A stretch of 47,948 nt of DNA from Octopus bimaculoides (taxonomy: Eukaryota), in NCBI RefSeq assembly GCF_001194135.2, contig NC_068993.1, positions 56,350,749 to 56,398,696 of the forward strand, in the 5' to 3' direction. The translations under genes and the position numbers were made by a program. Positions 23,311-34,246 of this stretch are shown piece by piece. Position 1 is the stretch's first letter. The number at the start of each line of letters is the position of its first letter. The notes beneath the pieces were generated by a model. The model ran no database searches and was not told the origin of the DNA. It saw nothing but the letters and a program-made list of their open reading frames with translations.

Positions 23311-24126
23311 AAAAACTGCAGGCATACATATATTTACAAATCACTTATNNNNNNNNNNNNNNNNNNNNNNNNNNNNNNNNNNNNNNNNNNNNNNNNNNNN
23401 NNNNNNNNNNNNNNNNNNNNNNNNNNNNNNNNNNNNNNNNNNNNNNNNNNNNNNNNNNNNNNNNNNNNNNNNNNNNNNNNNNNNNNNNNNNNNNNNNNNN
23501 NNNNNNNNNNNNNNNNNNNNNNNNNNNNNNNNNNNNNNNNNNNNNNNNNNNNNNNNNNNNNNNNNNNNNNNNNNNNNNNNNNNNNNNNNNNNNNNNNNNN
23601 NNNNNNNNNNNNNNNNNNNNNNNNNNNNNNNNNNNNNNNNNNNNNNNNNNNNNNNNNNNNNNNNNNNNNNNNNNNNNNNNNNNNNNNNNNNNNNNNNNNN
23701 NNNNNNNNNNNNNNNNNNNNNNNNNNNNNNNNNNNNNNNNNNNNNNNNNNNNNNNNNNNNNNNNNNNNNNNNNNNNNNNNNNNNNNNNNNNNNNNNNNNN
23801 NNNNNNNNNNNNNNNNNNNNNNNNNNNNNNNNNNNNNNNNNNNNNNNNNNNNNNNNNNNNNNNNNNNNNNNNNNNNNNNNNNNNNNNNNNNNNNNNNNNN
23901 NNNNNNNNNNNNNNNNNNNNNNNNNNNNNNNNNNNNNNNNNNNNNNNNNNNNNNNNNNNNNNNNNNNNNNNNNNNNNNNNNNNNNNNNNNNNNNNNNNNN
24001 NNNNNNNNNNNNNNNNNNNNNNNNNNNNNNNNNNNNNNNNNNNNNNNNNNNNNNNNNNNNNNNNNNNNNNNNNNNNNNNNNNNNNNNNNNNNNNNNNNNN
24101 NNNNNNNNNNNNNNNNNNNNNNNNNN

Positions 24127-24335
24127 CATACACAGACACACAAACATATACACGCGCATACATATATATACATATATACGACAGGCTTCTTTCAGTTTCA
24201 GTCTACCAAATCCACTCACAAGGCTTTGGTCGGCCCGAGGCTATAGTAGAAGACACTTGCCCAAGATGCCACGCAGTGGGAATGAACCCGGAACCATGTG
24301 GTTGGTAGGCAAGCTACTTACCACACAGCCACTCC
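24127..24335 (-). mobile_element. SINE family B, 5' half
   Basis: Reverse complement of the head: ggagtggctgtgtggtaagtagcttg... Confidence 0.85.
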
Positions 24336-24342
24336 ATATATA

Positions 24343-24377
<35 letters not shown>

Positions 24378-25859
24378 ATATAATATAATATATATGTCAG
24401 AACATACAGCTTCACCGACATACAAGCACAGACACACACACATACACACACACAATGACTGACATACCTAAACTGTGTAGATACACAGATACAGGCGTAC
24501 ATTCAATCACGTGCGCTTATGGCGTAGACTCATATAACGAGTAGTCATACATATCCTAAGGAGACTTGTCCACGCATACACCTACGCAAACATCATATAT
24601 ACACATAGACGTATACACACACACACACACACACACACGTATCCGCAAAACTCTGAAACATTTTATTCAAATGAAAACGTCTTTGATAGTGACCGGCTTA
24701 AATTCTGGGAACTTAAATCTTAGAGATAAACTTAGATACATCCGTTCGCCCATCCCTCGCTTTCTTCCTCCCCACACATACATACATACACACACACATA
24801 ATACATACACACACACATACATGCATACGTACACACATACATGATGATGATTGTCTCATCTTGTCAGATGCTATTCGTCTCGCATTCAGCTTGATTGCTC
24901 TGATTTACTTCCATCCTCGCATTCGTGCAGACATGAGTTTTCAAGCATGCCACATATCCCTCTCCATAGGACTTCTATACAATACAAAACGGACCAAGAA
25001 ATAATAGTGCGATACCTGTACATCATTGGTTTTTAAGTGACGGAAGCTTGTACGGCATTTTTGCCACTTTCTCGGTCGCCATAGTAGGTTCCAATGACAA
25101 GCATTGTAACATGACCAGTACTATTTTAACTGCAAGTTTTATATCTGAGTAACCTTCTCCTAGGTCTCCTTTTGAAGGCCATGCTTTCGCAATCTTAGAA
25201 ACGGGATTGCTATAAAATATAGAGGAGAACGTATAACATGCAATTAGGAGCTGTCCAAAAATGTCATAGTGGCACCCTACCTCTCACTGGTACATTATTT
25301 TGTTGCTGAAACAATATACAATACCATCCACAAGAAAGGTTGTTTTGGGTTAAATATAAACATCTCACAAGGTATATTAGTGGAACATTCACATCAAAAG
25401 TTTTATCAAGCGCAAGCATAACAGAACTGACATAGTTATTGGGGAGAGGTAATGTAATCATTGAGCTTAGTTGGCCTGAGGTTAGTTGCCCCTTCTAAAA
25501 TCAACGAGAAGGAAAATATCCATGGGCAACTGCTTCGAAACCTGTTAACACCTCTAGTTTCCGTTTAAATTTACATTCTTACCAATAATCATTGGCGCTC
25601 TCAGTTTTTCTCAGTAAATACCTAAGCCACAATTTGGAGAATCTAGGATTTTCAAGCAAAGAAAGGGATTGGCTAACACGAACATTACAGATCTATAAGG
25701 GGAACAGTAAGACAAGTTCGATATGTAATGATTATTGCTGTTGCTTAGATACTTAGATAAGTATCAGCCAGAATTGGCCCAGGCCACGGGTAACTTCATA
25801 GTACTACTTATAACAGACATTTAATGATGTTTCATGTTACAGTAAATCTTTGTGTACAA

Positions 25860-26090
25860 GGCGGCGAGTTGGCAGAAACGTTAGCACGCCGAGCAAAATG
25901 CTTAGTGGTATTTCGTCTGTCTTTATGTTCTGAGTTCAAATTCCGCCGAGGTCGACTTTGCCTTTCATCCTTTCGGGGTCGATTAAATAAGCACCAATTA
26001 CGCACTGGGGTCGATGTAATCGACTTAGTCCCTTTGCCTGTCCTTGTTTCTCCCCTCTGTGTGTAGCCCTCTGTGGGCAATAAAGAATCA
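25860..26090 (+). mobile_element. Stand-alone SINE A2 (family A head and body with T2 tail)
   Basis: Ends ...gtccctttgcctgtccttgtttctcccctctgtgtgtagccctctgtgggcaataaagaa and is not followed by aaacgtt. Confidence 0.85.
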
Positions 26091-26484
26091 AATATGATAT
26101 TGTTTCATATTAAACTATATTGCATTGTACAATGTAGCACGAAGCTGTATTATTCTAGATTATTGTGTGTTCTGTTCTACATATCACTTACTCTACTGTA
26201 TTGTGCTGTGCAATATTCTATAATACTCTACTGTAGTATCATGCTGTGCTGCATTGCCGAGAATTATACTGCCCTATATTTGTACTGATTTTATATTATA
26301 TTATACAATACTGTATTCATCCATACTATAGTGTATCATGTCGTATTGCATTGCATAGAACTCTGATATATTGTATTGTTCTATGTCATATTGCATAGTG
26401 TTGTACTGAATTGCAGTATATTGTTGTATGATCCATTATATTATTTTGTATTGTGCTTCACTACATTACACTGTGTTGAACAAC

Positions 26485-26945
26485 CAGCACATATTATCCC
26501 GACCTCATTGAAACTAGATGTCATCTTGGTTTCCCAGTCAACAAAACAGCTAATCCTATTGAAGGAGGCGCAAGAGAGAAAGGGAGCCAAGTACCAACAG
26601 TGGGCGAGGGATTGCCGCAAGAATGTGGGGAGAACGAAGTGTTTTCCAGTGGCGGTTGGCAGTCGAGGGTTCGCAAGCCGTACTCTGAGTAAGGTCTATG
26701 GAATCTTGGGTTGTTTTAGAAACGAAAGAGTCATTAAGAACAATGTAGAGGCTGCTGAGAGAACATCTAAATGACTCTGGCTGAAAAGAGAGACTCAGTG
26801 GTGTCAGGAGAATTCCTCTTGGACACGGGCCTAAGCTTGACCAACATAGAAAAGGTTGCCTGGGTAAAGGTGTATGTTTTAAGATCCGAAACAGCCAGTA
26901 ACTCCAGGATAACCTGCTGACGATGTGTCCAAGTTATTGCTTCTA
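26485..26945 (+). mobile_element. Hero-like RLE non-LTR retrotransposon, 5'-truncated 3' end
   Basis: HIIPTSLKLDVILVSQSTKQLILL..EAQERKGAKY...FPVAVGSRGF...EAAERTSK*LWLKR, with 3' UTR ...gatccgaaac...ctgacgatgtgtcc. Confidence 0.8.
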
Positions 26946-27139
26946 TAGATGTGTGTTGAACTTATTATTTTGGATTTTACTATATTGTGCTATATCGTAC
27001 TTTATTTCATTGTACTCTGTTATACTGTACATTTGCTGTACTATTTTGTATTGTTAAGAATTGTAAAGTACCGTACTGTATTGCATTGATATGTATCACG
27101 CAGTATTGTACCGTATTGTGAAATATAATATTGATTTCA

Positions 27140-27345
27140 AATTATGGCACAAGGCCACCAATTTCGGGGTAGGGGCTAAGTCGATTACATCAAACCCAGT
27201 GTTCAACTGGACTTATTTTATCGACTCCGAAAGGATGAAAAGCAAAGCCAGCCCTGACGAAATTTGAACTCAGAACGTAAAGACGGGCGAAATGCCGCTA
27301 AGCATTTTGCTCGGCGTTCTAACAATTCTGCTAACACACCGCCTT
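27140..27345 (-). mobile_element. SINE family A
   Basis: Reverse complement of the family A head and body. Confidence 0.8.
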
Positions 27346-27836
27346 ATTATGAAACTGAATTGCACTGGATAGCATATATAATACTATAATGTACTACACT
27401 GAAATATATCTGTAGTACTTACCTGTAGCTTACAAACATTGTCGAATTATGCAATAAAAGCAGCTCTATAGAACCAATAATATCAATGCAACATACTGAA
27501 CGTGTGTGTGTTGTTGAAACACCAGGCGTTACGGGTTGCAGCCAGGAAGAATACCTTTACGGATGCACTGTGTTACGAAACAATATACTTCAGAAACAGG
27601 TGAGACGAAGTAGGCGCCTGCAGTGGCTTTGAGAGCGAAATACCTATCTGTAGCTCTCACAGATACTTCTGGGGCGATTTCGTTTTGCCTCGCTCTGAAA
27701 TTTAATGTATGTTTTTTTTTGTAATACAATGCATCCATAAAGGGATTTTTCTCGGACGAAAGTATGTTGTATTGATAGAATTCGTACAATATTTGGTGCC
27801 GGTGTAGTATGTGATCTATATACATGTTTCTGGTGT

Positions 27837-28221
27837 GGAGGCGCAATGGCCCAGTGGTTAGAGCAACGAACTCGCGGTCATAGGATCGCGGTTTCGATTC
27901 CCAGACCGGGCGTTGTGAGTGTTTATTGAGAGAAAACACCTAAAGCTCCACGAGGCTCCGGCAGGGGATGGTGGCGAACCCTGCTGTACTCTTCCACCAC
28001 AACTTTCTCTCACTCTTACTTCCTGTTTCTGTTGTGCCTGTAATTCAAAGGGTCAGCCTTGTCACACTGTGTCACGCTGAATATCCCCGAGAACTACGTT
28101 AAGGGTACACGTGTCAGTGGAGTGCTCAGCCACTTGCACGTTAATTTCACGAGTAGGCTGTTCCGTTGATTGGATCAACTGGAACCCTCGTCGTCGTAAG
28201 CGACAGAGTGCCAACAACAAC
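27837..28221 (+). mobile_element. tRNA-derived SINE family C, full length
   Basis: A box tggcccagtggtt, B box ggtttcgattccc, ~310 bp of non-tRNA body and a (CAA)n tail. Confidence 0.85.
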
Positions 28222-28364
28222 GCTGTGCAGACTACTTTCCTTTCTTGTCTCTTTATCTACCTTGTCTATAATACTTTTATTGACCCCTCGTTCATCTAAG
28301 CGTTCAGAGTTCATCACTAATGCATTTTACTGTGGGATACATCATTTTATTGCAACGTATGGTA

Positions 28365-28880
28365 CTGTAATATATAATTGGCATGATGTATTCCCAGAGC
28401 ACATCATACCAACGGCACTCCCAGACATAGTCGTCGTGTCAGATTCCACTATGCAAGCAATTATGTAGGATCATGACTGTTCCATGGGAAGAACACATGT
28501 AGGGAACTCATGAGAGAAAGAATGCAAAATACAGGATATGGTAGAGTAGTGCAGGAATCAAGCTTGGCGGGCGCACTGCGACGTAATTTAAATAGATTAG
28601 CGGGATTTTGTTGGGTGATTAGTCTTCAAAGCTCTGACTGGGCTTAGAATTACTGGTGCAGCGAAGAGGATGGTAAGAAATATGCTTCATCAACGAAGCC
28701 GCAGAGGAGGCAACTAGGCTTTTGATAAAGAGAACAAACTCATGGATTGTTACTGGGACGTAAGATGGTATTTTATCAGTCATAGCTGGGTCTAGTGGGT
28801 AAGTAGGTATGTCGTTAAAAGACCCGAAACTTCCTAAAATCCCAGGAGCATCACTGATGATGCACTCCAAAGCGTCCTTG
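28365..28880 (+). mobile_element. Second Hero-like RLE LINE 3' fragment
   Basis: FPEHIIPTALPDIVVVSDSTMQAIM, TVPWEEH and HERKNAKY; 3' UTR gacccgaaac...gcatcactgatgatgc. Confidence 0.75.
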
Positions 28881-28894
28881 AGATGTATATTTAC

Positions 28895-29094
28895 TTGTAC
28901 TTTTTACTCGTTTCAGTCATTGGACTGCGACCGTGCTAGGGAACCACCTTGGAGGGTTAGATCAAACAAATCAACCCTAGTACTTAATTTATGTTGGGTA
29001 CTTATTCTATCGGTCTTTCGCCGAACCGCTAAGTTGTGGTGATATAAACAAACCAAGACTGATTGTCAAGTGGTAGTGGAGGATCAAATACACG

Positions 29095-29095
<1 letters not shown>
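28895..29095 (-). mobile_element. SINE family B 3' half
   Basis: Matches the other family B copies. Confidence 0.8.
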
Positions 29096-29185
<90 letters not shown>

Positions 29186-29187
29186 GG

Positions 29188-29625
29188 GTTGGATAAATGT
29201 TCCTCTGGGATTGGTCTAACGTTGTAGACAAATTTGATGAAACCCCAAGAAGGATCGAAAATCGATTAACACTGTTCATAATTTTTTTTCGCTCTACGGA
29301 GAAGTAGGCAAATTTGGCATGTACGAAAGTTTACGAGGTTGGTTTATATATGTCATATCATACTTTGAAACACTGTGGATACCATTCGGAGTTTCTCTGA
29401 TATTGAATAAAGTTTTAAACACTAATGGTATGCGAATTTGTAGCTCCAGTTCTCTGAAGCTACAAAGTTTTATCTGTATATAAACACATTGGCTACTTGT
29501 TTATCTGGGATTGATCGAGTGATCTAAACACCTTTGACGAAACCTCAATACGGTCCGAAAATCGAATCAGGCCGTTCTCTAGTTTTTCAATCTACTAAGA
29601 AATAAGCAAACTTGTTATGCTTGCA
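29188..29625 (+). repeat. Diverged ~135-bp direct repeat with a 300-bp period
   Basis: tctgggattg...tttga(t/c)gaaacc...cgaaaatcga...gcaaa occurs at 29188-29325 and 29489-29625 (ttt at 29233 and 29533). Confidence 0.7.
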
Positions 29626-29849
29626 TACCCACCACGTATACTCACACACACACACACGCACACATACGCATTTACAGGCCAATCCATTACAAAAATAGTC
29701 CAGCCATGATTATTCATAATGCTGGCGCTACTGCTGTTTCTATAGTTACCTCTGTTCAACTTTTATTACGGTGGTTGTCGTCGCTTTCATTGCTGCAGTA
29801 TTAATCGTTGCTGTATAATAGACGCTGTTTTAATTGTTTGCATTGCTTT

Positions 29850-29945
29850 ATTTCTCATATTCATACTATTGTTGTTGTTGTTACTTATGCACTGGTTTTA
29901 CTCTTCTTCCTAGTTCTGTTTTAGCTACTTGCAACTGGGATAATG

Positions 29946-30006
<61 letters not shown>

Positions 30007-30040
30007 TTTCTTTATCATCATCGTCGTCGTCGTCGTCGCC

Positions 30041-30071
<31 letters not shown>

Positions 30072-30794
30072 TTATTAATAAAATTAATATATTTTTATGG
30101 TGGTGCATTGGAAGGAACGTAAGATCGTTGGCGCGTCGGACAATATGCCTCGCAGTATTTCTGCCGGCTTTTTTACGCTCTGAAAGCAAATTCCGCTGAC
30201 GGTAGCTTTACCTTTCATACTTTGTATGAGTTGATAAAATAAGTACCAGCTAAATACTGAGGTCGATATAACTGCTCACCTTCTTCTTCTTCTTCTTCTT
30301 CTTCTTCTTCTTCTTCTTCTTCTTCTTCTTCTTCTTCTTCTTCTTCTTCTTCTTCTATTAAGGCGGCGAACTAGCAAAATTGTAGGTACGCTGGGCATTT
30401 CGCTCATCGCTACGTTCCGAGTTCAAATTCCGCCGACGTCGACTTTGCCTGTCATCATTTCGATGGTCGATAAAATAAGTACCAGTTGAACGCTGGGGGT
30501 CCATGTAATAAGACTATCTCCGTCCTCACAAATTCCAGGCCTTGTTCCTACAGTAGAAAGAATTAGTGCAACTACTTGTAGTAGTAGTAGTGGTAGTAGT
30601 GTTGTTACATAAGCAGAAAATAAAAGTAGTAGTAGTAGTAGTAGTAAGTACAATGGTTATTACGCTTTTATTGCCGTTGTGTTTGTGGTTGTCGTTGCTA
30701 TTATAGTTGTCCCTTTTGTTGTTTTTGTTGTCCCTGTTGTTGTTGTTGTCCCTGTTGTTGTTGTTGTTGCCTCAGTTACTGTTGTATTTGCTGC

Positions 30795-30842
<48 letters not shown>

Positions 30843-30960
30843 AGGTGCTCCAGATTTTACTAATCTCTTGACATTCGTTGCTGTTGTTGTTGTTCTTCTT
30901 CTTGTTGTTGTTGTCACTGTTGCTTCTGCTGCTGCAGTTATCTGGCTCAATAAATGGCGG
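29850..30960 (+). repeat. Trinucleotide microsatellite cluster (CTA, GTT, CTT, GTA, ATT) with two SINE A copies (~30095-30270, ~30360-30556)
   Basis: Repeats visible directly; both SINE bodies contain gtcgactttgcc/gataaaataagtaccag or a close variant. Confidence 0.85.
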
Positions 30961-31339
30961 CACTGACTCATAACTGCTGCTCCATTCAACTTTTTTTTAA
31001 AATTTTATTTTGTTTATGTAACGACACTATGTTACATAAACACTTTTGTTTACATAACTAATGCAATGGTTCAATATACCTGTTAAACGTGTAGATTATC
31101 GATTATACATGCACGCACACAGACACGCGTTCACATGTACAATTTCTCCATTATCTATATATTATAATAGAAGGTAAAAATTGTTAATGATTTTACCAAG
31201 GGGTCAGCGCGGAAATAAAAACCTTATAGGTAAATTTTACAAATATTTTAATAATTATATGCATAATTATAACGAGGGATTGGCTGTAAGCCTCTCCACG
31301 CGCTAGAAAAATAGACGCCTAAAGACGCTATCGCCACCT

Positions 31340-31371
<32 letters not shown>

Positions 31372-31924
31372 NNNNNNNNNNNNNNNNNNNNNNNNNNNNN
31401 NNNNNNNNNNNNNNNNNNNNNNNNNNNNNNNNNNNNNNNNNNNNNNNNNNNNNNNNNNNNNNNNNNNNNNNNNNNNNNNNNNNNNNNNNNNNNNNNNNNN
31501 NNNNNNNNNNNNNNNNNNNNNNNNNNNNNNNNNNNNNNNNNNNNNNNNNNNNNNNNNNNNNNNNNNNNNNNNNNNNNNNNNNNNNNNNNNNNNNNNNNNN
31601 NNNNNNNNNNNNNNNNNNNNNNNNNNNNNNNNNNNNNNNNNNNNNNNNNNNNNNNNNNNNNNNNNNNNNNNNNNNNNNNNNNNNNNNNNNNNNNNNNNNN
31701 NNNNNNNNNNNNNNNNNNNNNNATGCCAGCTCGTGGTTGAGGTGAAAGAATGAATTGTAAATGCAAGGTTATGAGAGGTAATGCAGTCAATAAGACCCAA
31801 AGGTGTCAGGTAATGCTGAGTAAGTGCTATGGACAGACCATAATTAAGTTCCAGGTTCGGTGATTATGCGAATGAGGAGTCCAACGTAGGTCATATATCA
31901 ACATGTGTATATATAAAAAAAATT

Positions 31925-32060
31925 TCAGGATGAGATAAAAATCCAAGGCTGTGAAAGATTTTCGAACATTTATAAATAGAAGGTCTTACAGCTGTTTCCG
32001 GGGTATTTTATATATTCCTTCATCGGAGACGGTGTGAAAAAATGGTTAAGCAATAGTTAT
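31925..32060 (-). mobile_element. Penelope-like pLTR fragment with degenerate hammerhead motif
   Basis: Homologous to 15400-15500; minus strand reads gtct-CCGATGA-a-gg...ccc-g-GAAAcagctgTA-agac (31983-32030). Confidence 0.55.
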
Positions 32061-32149
32061 TCTAGATAAGATATGAAATAGAGTGAAGTGGAGGAATGAA
32101 AATAGACGTGAGACATGCAGAGATATTGTATCTGTAGTTCCGTTATTTA

Positions 32150-32370
32150 GGCAGAATGGTATACATATAAAATTCCAGCACCTTGTAACCACATTCATCG
32201 AACCACGATTTTAGCTCCTCTCCGTCGTTGAACGAAATGCCTCGTAAAATTGTTGGAAAGCGACCGAGAAAGGTAATAATCTAAAGGCATTAAATCAGGA
32301 AAATGCAATGGATTTCGTAGAACTTTCCAACCGAGCTCTTGTTATGTATTGCTGAATATAACCACTCATG
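32150..32370 (-). mobile_element. mariner relic, C-terminal part
   Basis: ELGWKVL...PDLMPLDYYLSRSLSNN..GISFNDGEELKSWFDE. Confidence 0.75.
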
Positions 32371-32373
32371 ATA

Positions 32374-32617
32374 CAAGGTGCGACAGAAAGGTTGCTTCGA
32401 TTTCAAAGGTTAAAAACAAACACGTGAAGATACAAGAAAAAATAAAAGCAAACGCACAGTGCTCTCCACTCCAAGCCATGGTGGGTCCTACCTGAAACAA
32501 AAAAAATGGCATTTAATGAACTTTATAGAAATACAATTTTTTTTCATACATTCTCATGTGTTTGTTTGTTTTTTTTATTAACTTTTGAAATCAGGGCAAC
32601 CTTTCTGCCGCACACTG
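32374..32617. mobile_element. Tc1/mariner MITE, 244 bp
   Basis: TA|caaggtgcgacagaaaggttgc...gcaacctttctgccgcacactg|TA; TIRs of ~35 bp. Confidence 0.85.
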
Positions 32618-32775
32618 TAGCATTTTTAAAATCAAATTAGTGACGCGGCGGCGAACATTGTTGGGTTGAAGAAGAATACCTTGTCGCTGATAGGGCAGTT
32701 TGGACCGTACTGGTGGCCATGGTGAAAGAATGTGTGTGGTGAACTCGAACGAAAGGATTAGAGACAAACACTTAC

Positions 32776-32931
32776 CTCTCTGGCCAACTGCTCGTCAACC
32801 TTTTCAAGTACCACTTGAAAAGGAAGGTGAGAATGGAGAGACAGGTTTTGTCTTGTGAAAGTTTCAAAAAAAGGTGAGTGAATGTAGCAAAGATGGTGCG
32901 TGCGAGTGACGAAACCACTTTGAGCATGATC
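32776..32931 (-). CDS. Candidate internal exon (156 nt, 52 codons) of an unidentified gene
   Basis: Acceptor tctctctttctctttttctcgatttacAG|G and donor GAG|GTAAGT; length divisible by 3. Phase 0 reads DHAQSGFVTRTHHLCYIHSPFFETFTRQNLSLHSHLPFQVVLEKVDEQLARE; a second frame is also open. Non-repetitive sequence; no protein family recognised. Confidence 0.6.
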
Positions 32932-33277
32932 CTGTAAATCGAGAAAAAGAGAAAGAGAGAGCACTTTGCTCTCATGTGTTTATTCTCTCCTTGCCTGAGG
33001 TTACCGTGGTCTTTTCCGTAGGCGTTTCATTCCACGGATAAACCTAATCTTCCATTTTACATTTTACATTTTAAAAATTCTTCTGTGATACACGATCCCT
33101 TTTGATCGTCTTCTTTTTTTCTCGATCCCTTTTGATCGAAACTTTACCTTTTTTTTTCTTATCCCCCACCCCCTTTTTCTTTTTCATCTTCAAAAAGCAA
33201 AGCTCTGCATTTGTGTTTGCCTCCTCTATGTTCAGCCCTGCGTGGCCAATAATGAAAGTTATCTGTCTATCTATCTG

Positions 33278-33366
<89 letters not shown>

Positions 33367-33611
33367 TCATGTGTGTGTGTATGTGTGTGTGTTTGTGTTT
33401 GTGTGTATGCATGCATATATTGTTGGAGAGATTTTATCCAGGTGGAGCGTACGTGATACATAGACATGATACTTTTGACCGTCAAGACTCTTTTGTCTTT
33501 CCCCCTCTCTGTTACGTGAATTATTCCATCTCCAGGACTGCATTTCTTTAGAAATCACACACACACACACTTACACACAGTTATACATACACACATACAC
33601 ATTATGTATCA

Positions 33612-33658
<47 letters not shown>

Positions 33659-34246
33659 NNNNNNNNNNNNNNNNNNNNNNNNNNNNNNNNNNNNNNNNNN
33701 NNNNNNNNNNNNNNNNNNNNNNNNNNNNNNNNNNNNNNNNNNNNNNNNNNNNNNNNNNNNNNNNNNNNNNNNNNNNNNNNNNNNNNNNNNNNNNNNNNNN
33801 NNNNNNNNNNNNNNNNNNNNNNNNNNNNNNNNNNNNNNNNNNNNNNNNNNNNNNNNNNNNNNNNNNNNNNNNNNNNNNNNNNNNNNNNNNNNNNNNNNNN
33901 NNNNNNNNNNNNNNNNNNNNNNNNNNNNNNNNNNNNNNNNNNNNNNNNNNNNNNNNNNNNNNNNNNNNNNNNNNNNNNNNNNNNNNNNNNNNNNNNNNNN
34001 NNNNNNNNNNNNNNNNNNNNNNNNNNNNNNNNNNNNNNNNNNNNNNNNNNNNNNNNNNNNNNNNNNNNNNNNNNNNNNNNNNNNNNNNNNNNNNNNNNNN
34101 NNNNNNNNNNNNNNNNNNNNNNNNNNNNNNNNNNNNNNNNNNNNNNNNNNNNNNNNNNNNNNNNNNNNNNNNNNNNNNNNNNNNNNNNNNNNNNNNNNNN
34201 NNNNNNNNNNNNNNNNNNNNNNNNNNNNNNNNNNNNNNNNNNNNNC

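Larger units (their letters stand above)
26095..27420 (+). repeat. Degenerate (TATTG/TACTG)n pentamer satellite with nested insertions
   Basis: The pentamer pattern runs over 26095-26480, 26965-27130 and 27350-27420, interrupted by a Hero LINE and a SINE. Confidence 0.75.

Noticed and set aside
27423-27495. Minus-strand exon ending at a strong CAG|GTAAGTA donor
   Set aside because: The acceptor has no polypyrimidine tract, the 73-nt length is not symmetric, and the donor lies at the edge of a decayed pentamer satellite.
27837-27912. tRNA gene
   Set aside because: A and B boxes are present, but there is no clean cloverleaf or poly-T terminator, and the sequence continues into a ~310-bp SINE body with a (CAA)n tail.
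27529-27939. 136-aa minus-strand ORF
   Set aside because: It starts inside an antisense SINE head, and there is no recognisable domain or splice structure.
28815-28870. Hammerhead ribozyme in the Hero 3' UTR (cccgaaac ... ctgatga)
   Set aside because: The required helices do not form; ctga is the loop of a gcatca/tgatgc hairpin, better explained as the LINE 3' stem-loop. The copy at 26880-26930 has no hammerhead fold either.
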